Shown in pieces: positions 49,006 to 59,592 of a DNA stretch of 64,000 bases. The stretch lies in the NCBI GenBank assembly GCA_051362555.1, contig CM120648.1, positions 6,134,587 to 6,198,586 of the forward strand. The letters run 5' to 3'. Source of the DNA: Lingula anatina (Eukaryota; Animalia; Brachiopoda). Numbering within the stretch: the stretch's first letter is position 1; each line of letters starts with the position of its first letter. Made by a program: the position numbers and the translations under genes. Below the pieces are notes generated by a model. It made no database searches, was not told the origin of the DNA, and worked only from the letters and a program-made list of their open reading frames with translations.

Positions 49006-50988
49006 ATGAAGTTCGCATCATTCTTTATGCAACCTAACAGAATACCAACGGCATTATGTAGGAAGTTTTACCTTCGTATATGTGCGGCAATACTATTAAT
49101 TGTTATTTACATCGGTGCCAGTTGGCTATTGGACGAATTCACTGCCATGGCGCCAGCTAATAAATCTAACGTCCAAGCTTGCGTTCCGCCTCATCTTGAA
49201 CTATTTCCTCCAGAAATAACGACCTTTGGATTGGAACCGCGAACTGTACAGTGTACCAGCAAAGAAAAGAACTGGGTCTTCGTTGAAAATGGAAAATATC
49301 GCATTTCTCAAAATGCTCTCCAAAAACACGGCCAAATACTTTGCTCATATATTCCAATACAACGGGGTATTGATGACTACACTGTGCGCTTGGGAAGTAA
49401 AACAGACTTCATTGATGGAGATCCGTTAAAGTTTGATTTTTCTGAAGTACACTGTACCTGTCCAACCACCGGAGAGAATTACACAAACTTAGTGTCTGGG
49501 ATAGCGTACAACGCATCTCTTTTCGCACGTGCCAACAGCACGCCAAGAGGGAGGAACGCTATGGGTTTAAGTGTTCTGATGATAGGCTACGATGGCGTTT
49601 CTCGTCTAACTTGGATGCGCCACCTGCCCAAGACCTATCAGTATTTCACCAAGAACCTGAAGGGAACTGTTCTCGAAGGATACAACATCGTTGGTGACGG
49701 TACCACACAGGCTTTTCTCCCTATCCTAACGGGCCTCACTGAAGAAGAGCTTCCGGAATCCAGGCGCGGATGGCCTGGCGCTGTGTCTGTTGATGGATTC
49801 CCATTTGTTTGGAAGGATTTCAAAAAGCATGGCTATATCACTCAGTGGGTTGAGGATGAACCCAACTTGGGGACTTTTCATTACAGATTGCTTGGGTTCA
49901 ATGAAATACCTACAGATCACAACATGCGTGTATTCTACTTGAGAAAAAATGAATTATCGAACATGTTTCAGAGCTTTTGTCTTGGTTCCATGTCCAACCA
50001 TCTAAACCAGTTGAACTGGCTCAAAGATGCTTTTGTGGCGTACCCAGACAAACCAAAATTCGTTCTCGGGTTTTATAACGAATACAGTCATAATGTCGAG
50101 TACAGAATACTGCAAAACGCTGATGATGGACTTGTCGAGTTTCTAAAATTCCTAGAAAAAGATGGCCATCTTGACTCAACTGTGCTTATTTTAATGTCAG
50201 ATCATGGCGTTCGCTATGGAAAATTGCGAGAGACTTTTCAAGGAAAGCTGGAAGAACGCTTACCATTTTTTTCATTTCGTTTTCCAGAGAAATTTCAAAA
50301 GCTTTATCCCGAGGCTTATAGAAATTTCGTGACCAATGCCCAGCGTTTGACAACCCCGTTTGATATACATGCCACATTTATAGACATACTGAATTATAAG
50401 CATTCAGAGACTGAGACAGGCGGGAAACTAAAACGCGGCATCAGTCTTTTTAAAGAAATTCCCCTTAATCGGACATGCGCAGATGCAGGTGTGGAGCCTC
50501 ATTGGTGCGCGTGTCAAGAATGGGAAATACTAACCACAAGTGATCCGGATGTCATTGAGGCTGCGCGCGAAGTTGTGACAACGATAAACACTATGACCAG
50601 TGAGGAGAGGGATAAATGTTCAGGTCTGAGTTTAGGACGAGTAATTTCAGCGATAAAAATGTCTCCAGATAAAGCGAAAGTATTGACATTTGAAAAATCT
50701 GCTGATCAAGATGGCCGAATGCCTCAATTTTCCATCGAGGAGAGGATTTTCGCAGAAGATGGCGTGTTCTATCAAGTTACCATAGAAACTCAACCAGGGC
50801 TTGGGCGTTTCGAGGCTACGGTTTATCAAAGCACAAAAGAAAAAACCTTTAATTGCGCTTATAGCTCCATCAGTAGAATAAACATGTATGGCGAGCAACC
50901 GCACTGCATAATGGATGATTTCCCACATCTCAGACCCTACTGTTACTGCAAAGAGCAGAAAACATCAAATATGAAACTGCGCAGATAA
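49006..50988 (+). CDS. DUF229-family protein, type II membrane, paralogue B
   Basis: Intronless ORF. ATG 49006 (MKFASFF) aligns with the start of paralogue A, giving 660 aa with the same motifs. The TTG start in the ORF track is not used. Confidence 0.9.
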   Translation: MKFASFFMQPNRIPTALCRKFYLRICAAILLIVIYIGASWLLDEFTAMAPANKSNVQACVPPHLELFPPEITTFGLEPRTVQCTSKEKNWVFVENGKYRISQNALQKHGQILCSYIPIQRGIDDYTVRLGSKTDFIDGDPLKFDFSEVHCTCPTTGENYTNLVSGIAYNASLFARANSTPRGRNAMGLSVLMIGYDGVSRLTWMRHLPKTYQYFTKNLKGTVLEGYNIVGDGTTQAFLPILTGLTEEELPESRRGWPGAVSVDGFPFVWKDFKKHGYITQWVEDEPNLGTFHYRLLGFNEIPTDHNMRVFYLRKNELSNMFQSFCLGSMSNHLNQLNWLKDAFVAYPDKPKFVLGFYNEYSHNVEYRILQNADDGLVEFLKFLEKDGHLDSTVLILMSDHGVRYGKLRETFQGKLEERLPFFSFRFPEKFQKLYPEAYRNFVTNAQRLTTPFDIHATFIDILNYKHSETETGGKLKRGISLFKEIPLNRTCADAGVEPHWCACQEWEILTTSDPDVIEAAREVVTTINTMTSEERDKCSGLSLGRVISAIKMSPDKAKVLTFEKSADQDGRMPQFSIEERIFAEDGVFYQVTIETQPGLGRFEATVYQSTKEKTFNCAYSSISRINMYGEQPHCIMDDFPHLRPYCYCKEQKTSNMKLRR

Positions 50989-53054
50989 CTCCTCGTCATG
51001 ATCTTGTTCCTAGCACACCATGCTAAGTGTAGTTGTGTTGAATTTCAATACAAAACTGAATTCTGTTACGTTGAATCACTTCAATCAATAGATTTTGAGA
51101 AATTGTTTTTATTTTTTTTTTATTTGATTATTATTATTTTTATTTATTTATTTACTTATTTTTTGCTTCGAAATCATGATCACTGGTATGACCAAACGTT
51201 GCACTACGTGCAGTGCGCCAAATTAGATTATCATTGGTGTTGGTATTCCCATTTTGGGACCTTTGCAGACTTTCAGATGAGGACAGTGGACTGTTCTGAT
51301 ATAAAATACAATATTAGAAAATAAATTGAAAAAATGGTTTCTAGCGTTTGGATTAATGAAAGATGATCCGCTTATTGATTTATTTTTATTTTTATTATTA
51401 TTTGTCGGTTACGGCAAATATTTTTTTGTCTTAGGTTGCACGGCATTCGAAGTGTATTCTAAATATTCTGACTGCATTCTGACAGCATTATCGATATTCC
51501 TAGTTTTCTAACTACATTCGAGCTGCATTTGAGAGCTAATACACCCGAAATGTGCACGAATCATTCCAGGCGGATTCAAGCGCATTAATCCAACGGTATT
51601 CTTACAAGTATTGAAGTCAATTTGAACTTTCTTCTCGAGTGTGGTACGAATTTTGAAAATTATTCATTCCGGCTCACTATTCTGTTTGATTCCTGCCGAT
51701 TCCGAATAAGTGTGACGGGAGCTTCAGCAAAAACTGACATTAATCTTAGTCGACTAAAGTACGATTCTCAAGGAATATATATATATAAATATATATATAT
51801 GTATAACAACTGCTCATCGATTTCATTTTTTAACGCTCTAAGACCAATATCACATCCATCTACACGTAGTTTTTATAAAAAAAAAAAAGTAACATTGCAT
51901 TTTCCTTTTTTTTTTTTTTTTGTAGTTAGAGAGCTTATAAATGTAAAAATATTCTTGTGCTCAATGAATTATTGTCTTCATTTTTATCACATGACTTTGC
52001 GTAGTTGGCTTTTAAAGTATAGCAGTCTCAGGTAAAGCACCAAATCTTTACACGTTTTCTGAATGTAGGGCCCCGATTTGGTAGTGCACGCTTTTAAAAG
52101 TGCCAATTAGATAACTAATAGTAAGTGAGGCGATTTACAGTTTATTTTATGTCTCTTTTAGAATTCGTTCATTCTTATTTGTTTTAAATTAATCGTAGTG
52201 GTTTTAGAATTCAATATGTGTAAACAGGTTTCATATCGCTGTTTAGAACATAAGTTTTTATTTTTTATTATCCGTATACTCTTCTCATTTCGTTTTTGGG
52301 GGCGATAGAGCCGCCGCAAGATAACATCCTATGCATTTTTCATTGCGGTTTTTGTAGCATCATGAGTGAATACGGGCTAAGGCAAAGATGTTTAAATCAT
52401 ATATTGGGGCTTTATCAGTTCTCCCGCATGAACGTGCAATTGATGTCAAATATAATCGGATAAAAATCGGGTGCTCAATCTCCGTGCAGTTGCGCACACC
52501 CCCCGTGCGGCTTTACTGCTGATTAACACACGTTGTTCGTGCAGCTCTTGCGCTTTTCTGAGCATCCACGTGCACGTGGTCGTAATGATACATAAAACTT
52601 CAAGTGAAATTTATTAATTGTTAACATATTTACTGCGAGTGTTCATATGCCTCCTAAAACCATCAAATCGGTAGCAATTCTGACAACTCCGTGTCGCAAG
52701 ATAATCTTGCTTTGCTGCGTGATCCGTGTCAGTACTGGCATTGGGCAATGTCATTCATCATATTGTTACTAGCTTTCGATTAAAAAAATTCTTAAGTGCT
52801 GTAGCACACGATAATCAATAAATAACTACGGGCTACCCCACGTGACTGTAAATATGAATTTTGTTTTAGGCAACTAGCGACCGTTCTTGACGTGTTCAGC
52901 GTCTGTGATGGATTGTCAACGTCATACGAGCTGCTCTGTGCTGGCACTGCCTGGTGTCTCGAACAGATGCCTCACTCCCTTAAACGGGCTCTGATAGTTC
53001 GTTCATTAATGGCAGTGTGAGTGGTCCTTCTGGGGTTCTTTGTCACCCTCTACT

Positions 53055-53099
53055 AGGGCGGTAGGGGGGTTAGGGCGGCAGGGCGGCAGGGCGCCCCCC

Positions 53100-53131
<32 letters not shown>

Positions 53132-53296
53132 TGGCGTGGGGATCGCTAAAATTGGTATTTTAGAGAGCGAACGGTGCCATTTGGTACGGTTTAGAACTAT
53201 GATTCAGCTACTCAAAATTCTAATTTCAAGAGGGGACCAGAAATCAAAGGGGGGGTCAGGAGCCCCCTGAGCCCCCTCCTTCTAAATACGCCACTG
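53055..53296. mobile_element. GC-rich degenerate non-autonomous DNA element fragment with poly-C/(CA)n
   Basis: The right end tacgccactg (CAGTGGCGTA on the minus strand) resembles a common invertebrate TIR. Internal G/C runs; the left end is degenerate. Confidence 0.35.
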
Positions 53297-53442
53297 ATTA
53301 TTACTATCATTATTATTATTGTTGTTTTACTTATTTATATGCAATTGCTTTAAAGTAATAACATGGGTAAAATCATATCTTAAAACATTTATTATCGAAT
53401 GCGCAGAATATTCCAGATAATAAATTGTATGTAAAATAACAC

Positions 53443-53680
53443 TATCTGCCGGCATAGGGGTTAATTATTCATATCGAAATAAAGCAGTTTTCGTTGTTTA
53501 TTATCAATATATGACATTATAGCGTCATTTTAAAAATATTCAATTCCCTTTTTAAGGGAAAATATATCTAAAACAACGGTATCTGCAGGCATGGGGGTTA
53601 ATTATTCATATCGAAATAAAGATTTTCGTTGTTTATTATCAATATTTGACATAAAAGCGTCATGTTTAAAATATTTAATT
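53443..53680. repeat. Two-copy tandem duplication, period ~137 bp
   Basis: tatctgc.ggcat.ggg.ttaattattcatatcgaaataaag...ttttcgttgtttattatcaatat at 53443 and 53580. Confidence 0.85.
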
Positions 53681-54094
53681 TATTTTTTCAGAGAAAAGTG
53701 GCTGAAAGTTGAAAAAATACTGATGATAATAATAATGGGATAAAAATATGCCCGATAGTTTCGTTTACCCAGAACATATTTCAATAACTAATATAATGTA
53801 GATGACTTGTCCTGTAAATATTCAATAAAAAGACACAGCATTCTGAACGGTACTGGTAGAAAGGATAAGATACAATTAAGAAAAAAAAAAAAAAAAACGG
53901 AATCAGAATCAATCTACTTTGTGCATTTCGGGTAAATAGTTTGCTTACTTTACCTTGAAGAGTGTAAAAATAAGTAAGTCACGGCTTTAATTTAAAAAAA
54001 AAAGCACCCTTTTAACAAATGCCACCCATAACAGAATAAAACGACGCTGTTTCGCACATTTCAGACCCTGATAACTGCTATATTTTGACACTTT

Positions 54095-54309
54095 GGGCGA
54101 ATTCCCATAGATTTTAGATCGATCTATCCCCATGGGGAGTTTCACTAGATTACTGTCAGATAATCCGGCTTAAATGTCCGTCCCGCCTACTACAAGCTGT
54201 AAGGGGGTAATTAACTTTCGTGCCCGCTCGGCTGACAGCTATTTAGCGTGAACCCCCAGGGAGTTAGGTCGATCTAGTTTGGATCGATCTAATCTCTGGG
54301 AATGGGGTC
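54095..54309 (-). mobile_element. PIF/Harbinger-type MITE, copy 3 (inverted)
   Basis: Reverse complement of copies 1 and 2, flanked by TTT on both sides (3-bp TSD). Confidence 0.85.
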
Positions 54310-54949
54310 TTTGCCTCCCAGTCTGGCAGTGACACTTGGTATGTCTAAAATCTTGCTCTTACTTCACATATCACATCTATTGATTTAAAAATATATTTCT
54401 AAAAATCACAAGAAAAATATATATTACGTGTATAAAACGTTTCCCTTTGAGGTAAGTAAATAGTTATAAAGGGAGAGCAATTAATTTCATTAGACAATCA
54501 AAGCATATGAATATAGCATAACACGCCTATGCTATACTTCATTAAAAAAACGGATCACAGGTTTAATTAAATCAAACATTAATTCAAATGTAAAATTTCC
54601 AATGTAGTTAAATAATGCCTGACGTCTCTCGCAAGACAAATAAGAATTTAAAAAGAATAACATCAGAGATATCCATTCCACTAAAAAGACTAATAATAAA
54701 AAAAGCGAAATTCAATCAAACAATAAAAAAGATATGAAATTAGATCTATAATAATAATTAACGTTTCCCACAACAAGTAAAACTTTGAGCCCTTCTCAAT
54801 GAATGATGAATTAAATAATGAATATAATAAATGCATATAAAAGAGTATACAGATTTTTTTCAAAATTAGTGTGGACGCTCTCTTGAAATAATGCACTGTC
54901 CATGCACTCGATTTAAATTATTTTTGCACAAATTTGTATCAACGTTATT

Positions 54950-55786
54950 TCACCAAGCAACAGTCGACGATCTTCTGTGTGATCGGTCAGACCTGTCACT
55001 TCCTACACGCGAATACCCTCCCCACGTTGCCTCTGTACTAGTCCTGGGTCTCCGGGGGGTTGGAAGCTGTGGTTGTAACAGCCTCTGTGCGCTGTGGCCT
55101 GTAGCATTCCAAGCAGTTTCTTCTGCTTCGGGTTTCACACGTGGGACGGGGCGGGGCGTTCGCTGGTTTTTTCCGTATCGATGTAGCAAATTTGACATTC
55201 GCCCCCCTTTGTCTAATGCCGCATTTTCTTCAGCTTCTGGTTTCACGCGCGGTGGTGCGCGTGCAGACAGTGGGAGTCTCCCGTAACTGTGCAGCAAATT
55301 TGACATTCCTTTTCCTTTGTGGTTTTCAGCCGTCTCTTCAGCTTCGGGTTTAACTCTCGGTGGAGATCTTGCCGACAGAGGGAGCTTTCCGTATTTGTGC
55401 ATCAGATTTGACATATTCCCTCCCTTGTGGTGCTCGGCAATGTCTTGCGCTTCAGGCTTTACCCTAGGGACGGGCGTGTGCTCCCTGGGGCCAGAACGGG
55501 GAAAATTGGCCGACTTCCCCAAAAGATCCCCCATGTGCCCCGTTTCGTGGTCTTGGCGGAGCATTTTGGATTCCGGCGACGGGCAGCGCCCTGGGGGTCG
55601 TGGTGAGTTATAACTTTTATTGGCCTTCTGATCGAACCACGCCCCCACCGTCCCCAAGTGCTTTTTGTAAGACTCTGAGGCTTCTGGCTTGACCCTGGGG
55701 GCAGGGCGTGGCGAGCTGTAAGTTTTCATAGCGGGGTCCCTGGTGTGGTGGGCCGGAATTGGACCCTTGGTCAGCGTGGTGGTCAT
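54950..55786 (-). CDS. Uncharacterised basic protein with ~36-aa PRVKPEA tandem repeats (278 aa)
   Basis: GC-rich ORF in an AT-rich background. First ATG at 55786 (MTTTLTKG) with an in-frame stop just upstream. Exon acceptor tttctttttcag near 55869. Repeats are conserved as protein but use different codons. Confidence 0.85.
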   Translation of the reverse strand: MTTTLTKGPIPAHHTRDPAMKTYSSPRPAPRVKPEASESYKKHLGTVGAWFDQKANKSYNSPRPPGRCPSPESKMLRQDHETGHMGDLLGKSANFPRSGPREHTPVPRVKPEAQDIAEHHKGGNMSNLMHKYGKLPLSARSPPRVKPEAEETAENHKGKGMSNLLHSYGRLPLSARAPPRVKPEAEENAALDKGGRMSNLLHRYGKNQRTPRPVPRVKPEAEETAWNATGHSAQRLLQPQLPTPRRPRTSTEATWGGYSRVGSDRSDRSHRRSSTVAW

Positions 55787-56356
55787 TGTATTTTCGTGAT
55801 CTTTCACTCACTTTGATGACCTACGACCCTCTGTCTTGTTACACATGTTGGGTATATGCATGATGATGCTGAAAAAGAAACAAGAAGTATGACATTCACT
55901 ATCATTCTTGTCACAGCGGCATACAGTGTACATTATTCACAAGTTACGCTGTAAACTCAGTCCTGTAGCCAGCAATTTCAAAGGGGTTCAACCTCCCCCC
56001 TCCGTCTACCTATGTCCCTCTAGAATTTCAACTTGTTTTCTTTTTCCTTGTTGAAAACAGACCCTGCCATTATGGATTTAATTAAATCACTAAACAGTAT
56101 TTAATTAAACACAGTTCCAGTAGGTGTTCTGGCCGAACAAATATTAGCGCTATGATTAGGTTTAAAACCACCCCGTCAAGCCATTACAGATTTAGGACTT
56201 AATCTGAGTAGAAATAATCCGTAGGTCCTTAAAACTGAGTCCCAGTCCGTCAACCTAGACAAGTGGAATTTGGTTAACAGCTAGGACCTAGTTACTGAGT
56301 TTCCAGAAACTCGGGGTAGAAATTCTGTTAGAATGATGATCCTTAAGCACAATAAA

Positions 56357-56450
56357 TCAGCCAATCAGTCAGACAGCCAGCCAATCAACCAACCAACCAA
56401 CCAACCAACCAACCAATCAATTAAAACCAACCAATCAATCAATCAATCAC
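56357..56450. repeat. Compound tetranucleotide repeat (AGCC/AACC/AATC)n
   Basis: cagccagccaatcaaccaaccaaccaacc...aatcaatcaatcaatc. Confidence 0.85.
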
Positions 56451-57190
56451 TCATATCGACCACGTTCGACCAGACCTATAGATAGTGTACATGTACTAGT
56501 ATCAACTGGTGCTAACATGGATACACTCAGTATCTCTTTATAATCTTTCACTTTATGCTGCATGGTTGTCGAGGTATACAGCTGGAACATACTGTATACT
56601 AGTAGGCTACTCCATACTCTCTGTTTTTCTGTGTCTAAAACTTCATACTAAGAAACAGTATAACAGTTGATAATTAACAAATGCTGTACAGCTTACTGTT
56701 CATATACATGCATGTACAGTGCTGTTGAGGCTAAGTACATATAATTAATACAGCTGACTACCCGGTGAGAGCATTGCCAGAGTTTTCGCTTTAAAAAAAT
56801 GAATGCATTAACGCCACAACGAATATATGTTATATAATGTTCTAGACCTCAAGTGACCGTTGTATTGATTAATAACGTCATTATTAGTAGTGGTTTGGGG
56901 CAACAATGATGTCACAGCGCACCTGCAGGCTGTTAATTTCACTGTTGACGAGCGTCATAACATCTCTAAATTATTCATATTTTTACAAATACACAATACT
57001 CGGAATTGACAGAAAGAAAAGCCGGGTGCCCATTTCCGTGGATGTAACAATGCCAAGGGTTATAGACATTCAAGTCCATGTTTCAAGTCAAATTATGCAT
57101 TGGATTCAACCCACCTGCCAAGGAGGAGTCGCCACCGGAAGCACGCTGTAACTAGGTTATCGTACAAAGTCAAGTTACTATAAGTAAAAT

Positions 57191-57369
57191 AGTTTCGTTT
57201 AAGTGACATTATAAAACATGTAGTTTACTACACTTACAGAGGAAACTTTGCAATGAAATTTTAATTTGAGTCATATTACAAATATTGTTTACATCATGGA
57301 GCTATTTTATAAAATGTTACATATATATATTTTATTCAAAACTATTCTCTGTTAGAGAGAAAGTGAAAC
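57191..57369 (+). promoter_or_regulatory. ISRE/IRF-E-like elements upstream of the TRIM gene
   Basis: AGTTTCGTTT at 57191-57200 and GAAAGTGAAAC at 57359-57369. Confidence 0.5.
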
Positions 57370-57558
57370 CAGTCAAGGGGCGAAAGCGACTGGAAACGTG
57401 ACTGCTGTGCAAAGTCTGCAAAGTTGGCATGCTTTTTTCTAATTGCATACTTTAATTATATATTTCAATAACACGTTTAACTCTTTTGTGATACGGTACC
57501 GAACTGCACGAGGTTGCAAAATACGTGTAGTCTAAAGACATACACATGTATAAAACAA

Positions 57559-59592
57559 ATGGCCGCCGCATCCAGGGGCGCGGCTGAAGATGACGACAGC
57601 CTAAGAGCGATGATAACAGAGCACTTCGTGAATTGCCCTATTTGTTTTAAGGAATATGACGAGCCGACATCGTTGCCCTGTCTTCACTCTTACTGCAAGG
57701 GCTGTCTGAAGACGCACGTTGGTGATTTGACCCCGGGGAGAACATTCTCATGTCCAGTATGCCAGCGGGAGACTCGGGTCCCAGCCGAAGGACTTGAGGG
57801 ATTCTCTCATAATTTTTATATTGAAAGCCTACAGGACACCTTGCTGCAACCCCCCAGGAAGAGAACGTGTGGTGCGTGTGCCTTAGCTACAGGGGCTGTC
57901 GTGGATGCGACGTCCAAATGCATCAGTTGCCACGAGTATCTGTGTAAGCAATGTGCCCCATATCATTGCAGGACCAAGTTCACGAAAGATCATAAAATCT
58001 TCACGCTTGAACAGTTGCGAAGTAAAGAATACAAGGCAGAGATCCAAGAACTGCAGATTTTCTTATGTCCAGACCACAAAGATGAAGCCATTAAGTACTT
58101 CTGCAAAAAGTGTCAACGACCAATCTGCCGTGACTGCAAGATTTTGATTCATGACGATCACAAGTGCATTTCTCTTGATGCAGCTGCTGAAACGGTGATA
58201 CAAACCCTGCAAACTAAACTTGACCATCTCGAAAAGAAGTTCACAGATGAAGATGAGTTGTTGTTGGCTCTCGAAACAAACACCGTTGATGTTGAGGCAA
58301 ATATTAAGCAACGGGCAGTACGTCTTCACAGTTTGGTTGACCAGCAAGAAAAAGTTCTCATGGAAAAGGTTCATGCACATAAAAAGTCCTTTGAAATTAG
58401 CCTAGAACACCATAAAACAACTAAAGGTACCGTGGACTTGGTGAAAGGTGTCCTTGGCCATGCTTTGCCAGGAGAGCTGCTAATGATGCAGCAGCAGCTA
58501 TGTGACCAGATGGACAACCTTCAGTCCAGTTCCAGCTCTGAAAAGATCCCACCACTGCTCTCTTTCCAGCTACAGACCAGGGACAGGGTCGGAGAAGACC
58601 TATCCAGCGGAAAGGGGTTTGGCGAAATTGTGGAGGTCCAAAATGTGGAATCAAAAACCACAGAAGAAAAGGAAATCAACAACTTGTCAATGTTAGCATC
58701 TCACAATTTGGCACAAGGTTCTCAAGAAATGATGCAAATGTTGGAAAAACCAAGCCATGGTGAAGAAAAGAAAGTTAGGTTCCAGATAATGAGACCCCCT
58801 GCAAGGTGTGTTCTGGAGTTTCACACCAAGTGTAGGTACCCTGGTGCCATTGTGGTTACAGGAGATGACAAGTATGCTATTGCAGACTTCAACCGCGAGT
58901 CAGGACAGGTTTGCGTTTACCTTCAAACAGGAGAATTTGAAGAAGAAATCATTGATGGAGCAAAAGGCAATGAGCTTGAGACAGTACAAGGTCTGTGTCA
59001 TCTCCCCGGTGGTAGAACTGTCATATCAGATTTTGGGAATGATAAATTATTTGTTATGTCAAGGCTTTGGAACCCTGCGACAGCTAAGTGTATTGATGAA
59101 CCGTGCGGTGTTGCTGTCAATAGTAAGAATCACATTGCTGTGGCACAAATGAATGATCAGTGTGTTACCTTGTTTGTCATTGAGCCTAATGGAAAAATGA
59201 CTGAAATTGACGTTATAGAACCAGATGATTTTCCAAGTCCATTTTGTCTAGCTTATACAAGTGAAGATTTTCTTGTTGTAGGCCATGTTAATGATGGCAG
59301 GGTTGATATCTTGAGACCATCAGGTGACATGATTTGCTATACAGGCCCTAGTAATGACCTGAAAAAGCCACAGAGTATTTGTGTGGATAGATATGACAAC
59401 ATATACATAGCAGATAGGAGGAGGAATTGTATCCACATTATATCTCCAGAGGGGCAGTTTATTCAGTATTTTGAAACTGAAATGGGGGGTGTTAGTTTCA
59501 GGTTTCCTTGGGGGCTGGCAATTGACCAAGATGGAGACTTGGTTGTAGGGTTATATGGAGGGAAAGTGAAAGTTTTCTCTTTTCTGGAATAG
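57559..59592 (+). CDS. TRIM-NHL E3 ubiquitin ligase (TRIM2/3/56/71-like architecture), intronless CDS, 677 aa
   Basis: RING (CPIC...CLHSYCKGC...CPVC), B-box1 (CGAC...CISCHEYLCKQC), B-box2 (CPDH...CKKC...CRDC...HDDH), a coiled coil, and NHL repeats (PGAIVV, PCGVAVNS, PQSICVD, PWGLAID). First ATG at 57559. Confidence 0.92.
   Translation: MAAASRGAAEDDDSLRAMITEHFVNCPICFKEYDEPTSLPCLHSYCKGCLKTHVGDLTPGRTFSCPVCQRETRVPAEGLEGFSHNFYIESLQDTLLQPPRKRTCGACALATGAVVDATSKCISCHEYLCKQCAPYHCRTKFTKDHKIFTLEQLRSKEYKAEIQELQIFLCPDHKDEAIKYFCKKCQRPICRDCKILIHDDHKCISLDAAAETVIQTLQTKLDHLEKKFTDEDELLLALETNTVDVEANIKQRAVRLHSLVDQQEKVLMEKVHAHKKSFEISLEHHKTTKGTVDLVKGVLGHALPGELLMMQQQLCDQMDNLQSSSSSEKIPPLLSFQLQTRDRVGEDLSSGKGFGEIVEVQNVESKTTEEKEINNLSMLASHNLAQGSQEMMQMLEKPSHGEEKKVRFQIMRPPARCVLEFHTKCRYPGAIVVTGDDKYAIADFNRESGQVCVYLQTGEFEEEIIDGAKGNELETVQGLCHLPGGRTVISDFGNDKLFVMSRLWNPATAKCIDEPCGVAVNSKNHIAVAQMNDQCVTLFVIEPNGKMTEIDVIEPDDFPSPFCLAYTSEDFLVVGHVNDGRVDILRPSGDMICYTGPSNDLKKPQSICVDRYDNIYIADRRRNCIHIISPEGQFIQYFETEMGGVSFRFPWGLAIDQDGDLVVGLYGGKVKVFSFLE

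Noticed and set aside
42888-54309. Idea that the MITEs caused the inverted DUF229 duplication
   Set aside because: The MITE copies are much more similar to each other than the paralogue termini are, and each has its own TSD and flanks, so they post-date the duplication.
56168-56318. Possible second MITE (ACCCCG...CGGGGT with TAGGAC/GTCCT motifs)
   Set aside because: Single degenerate copy, terminal match too short and no clear TSD.
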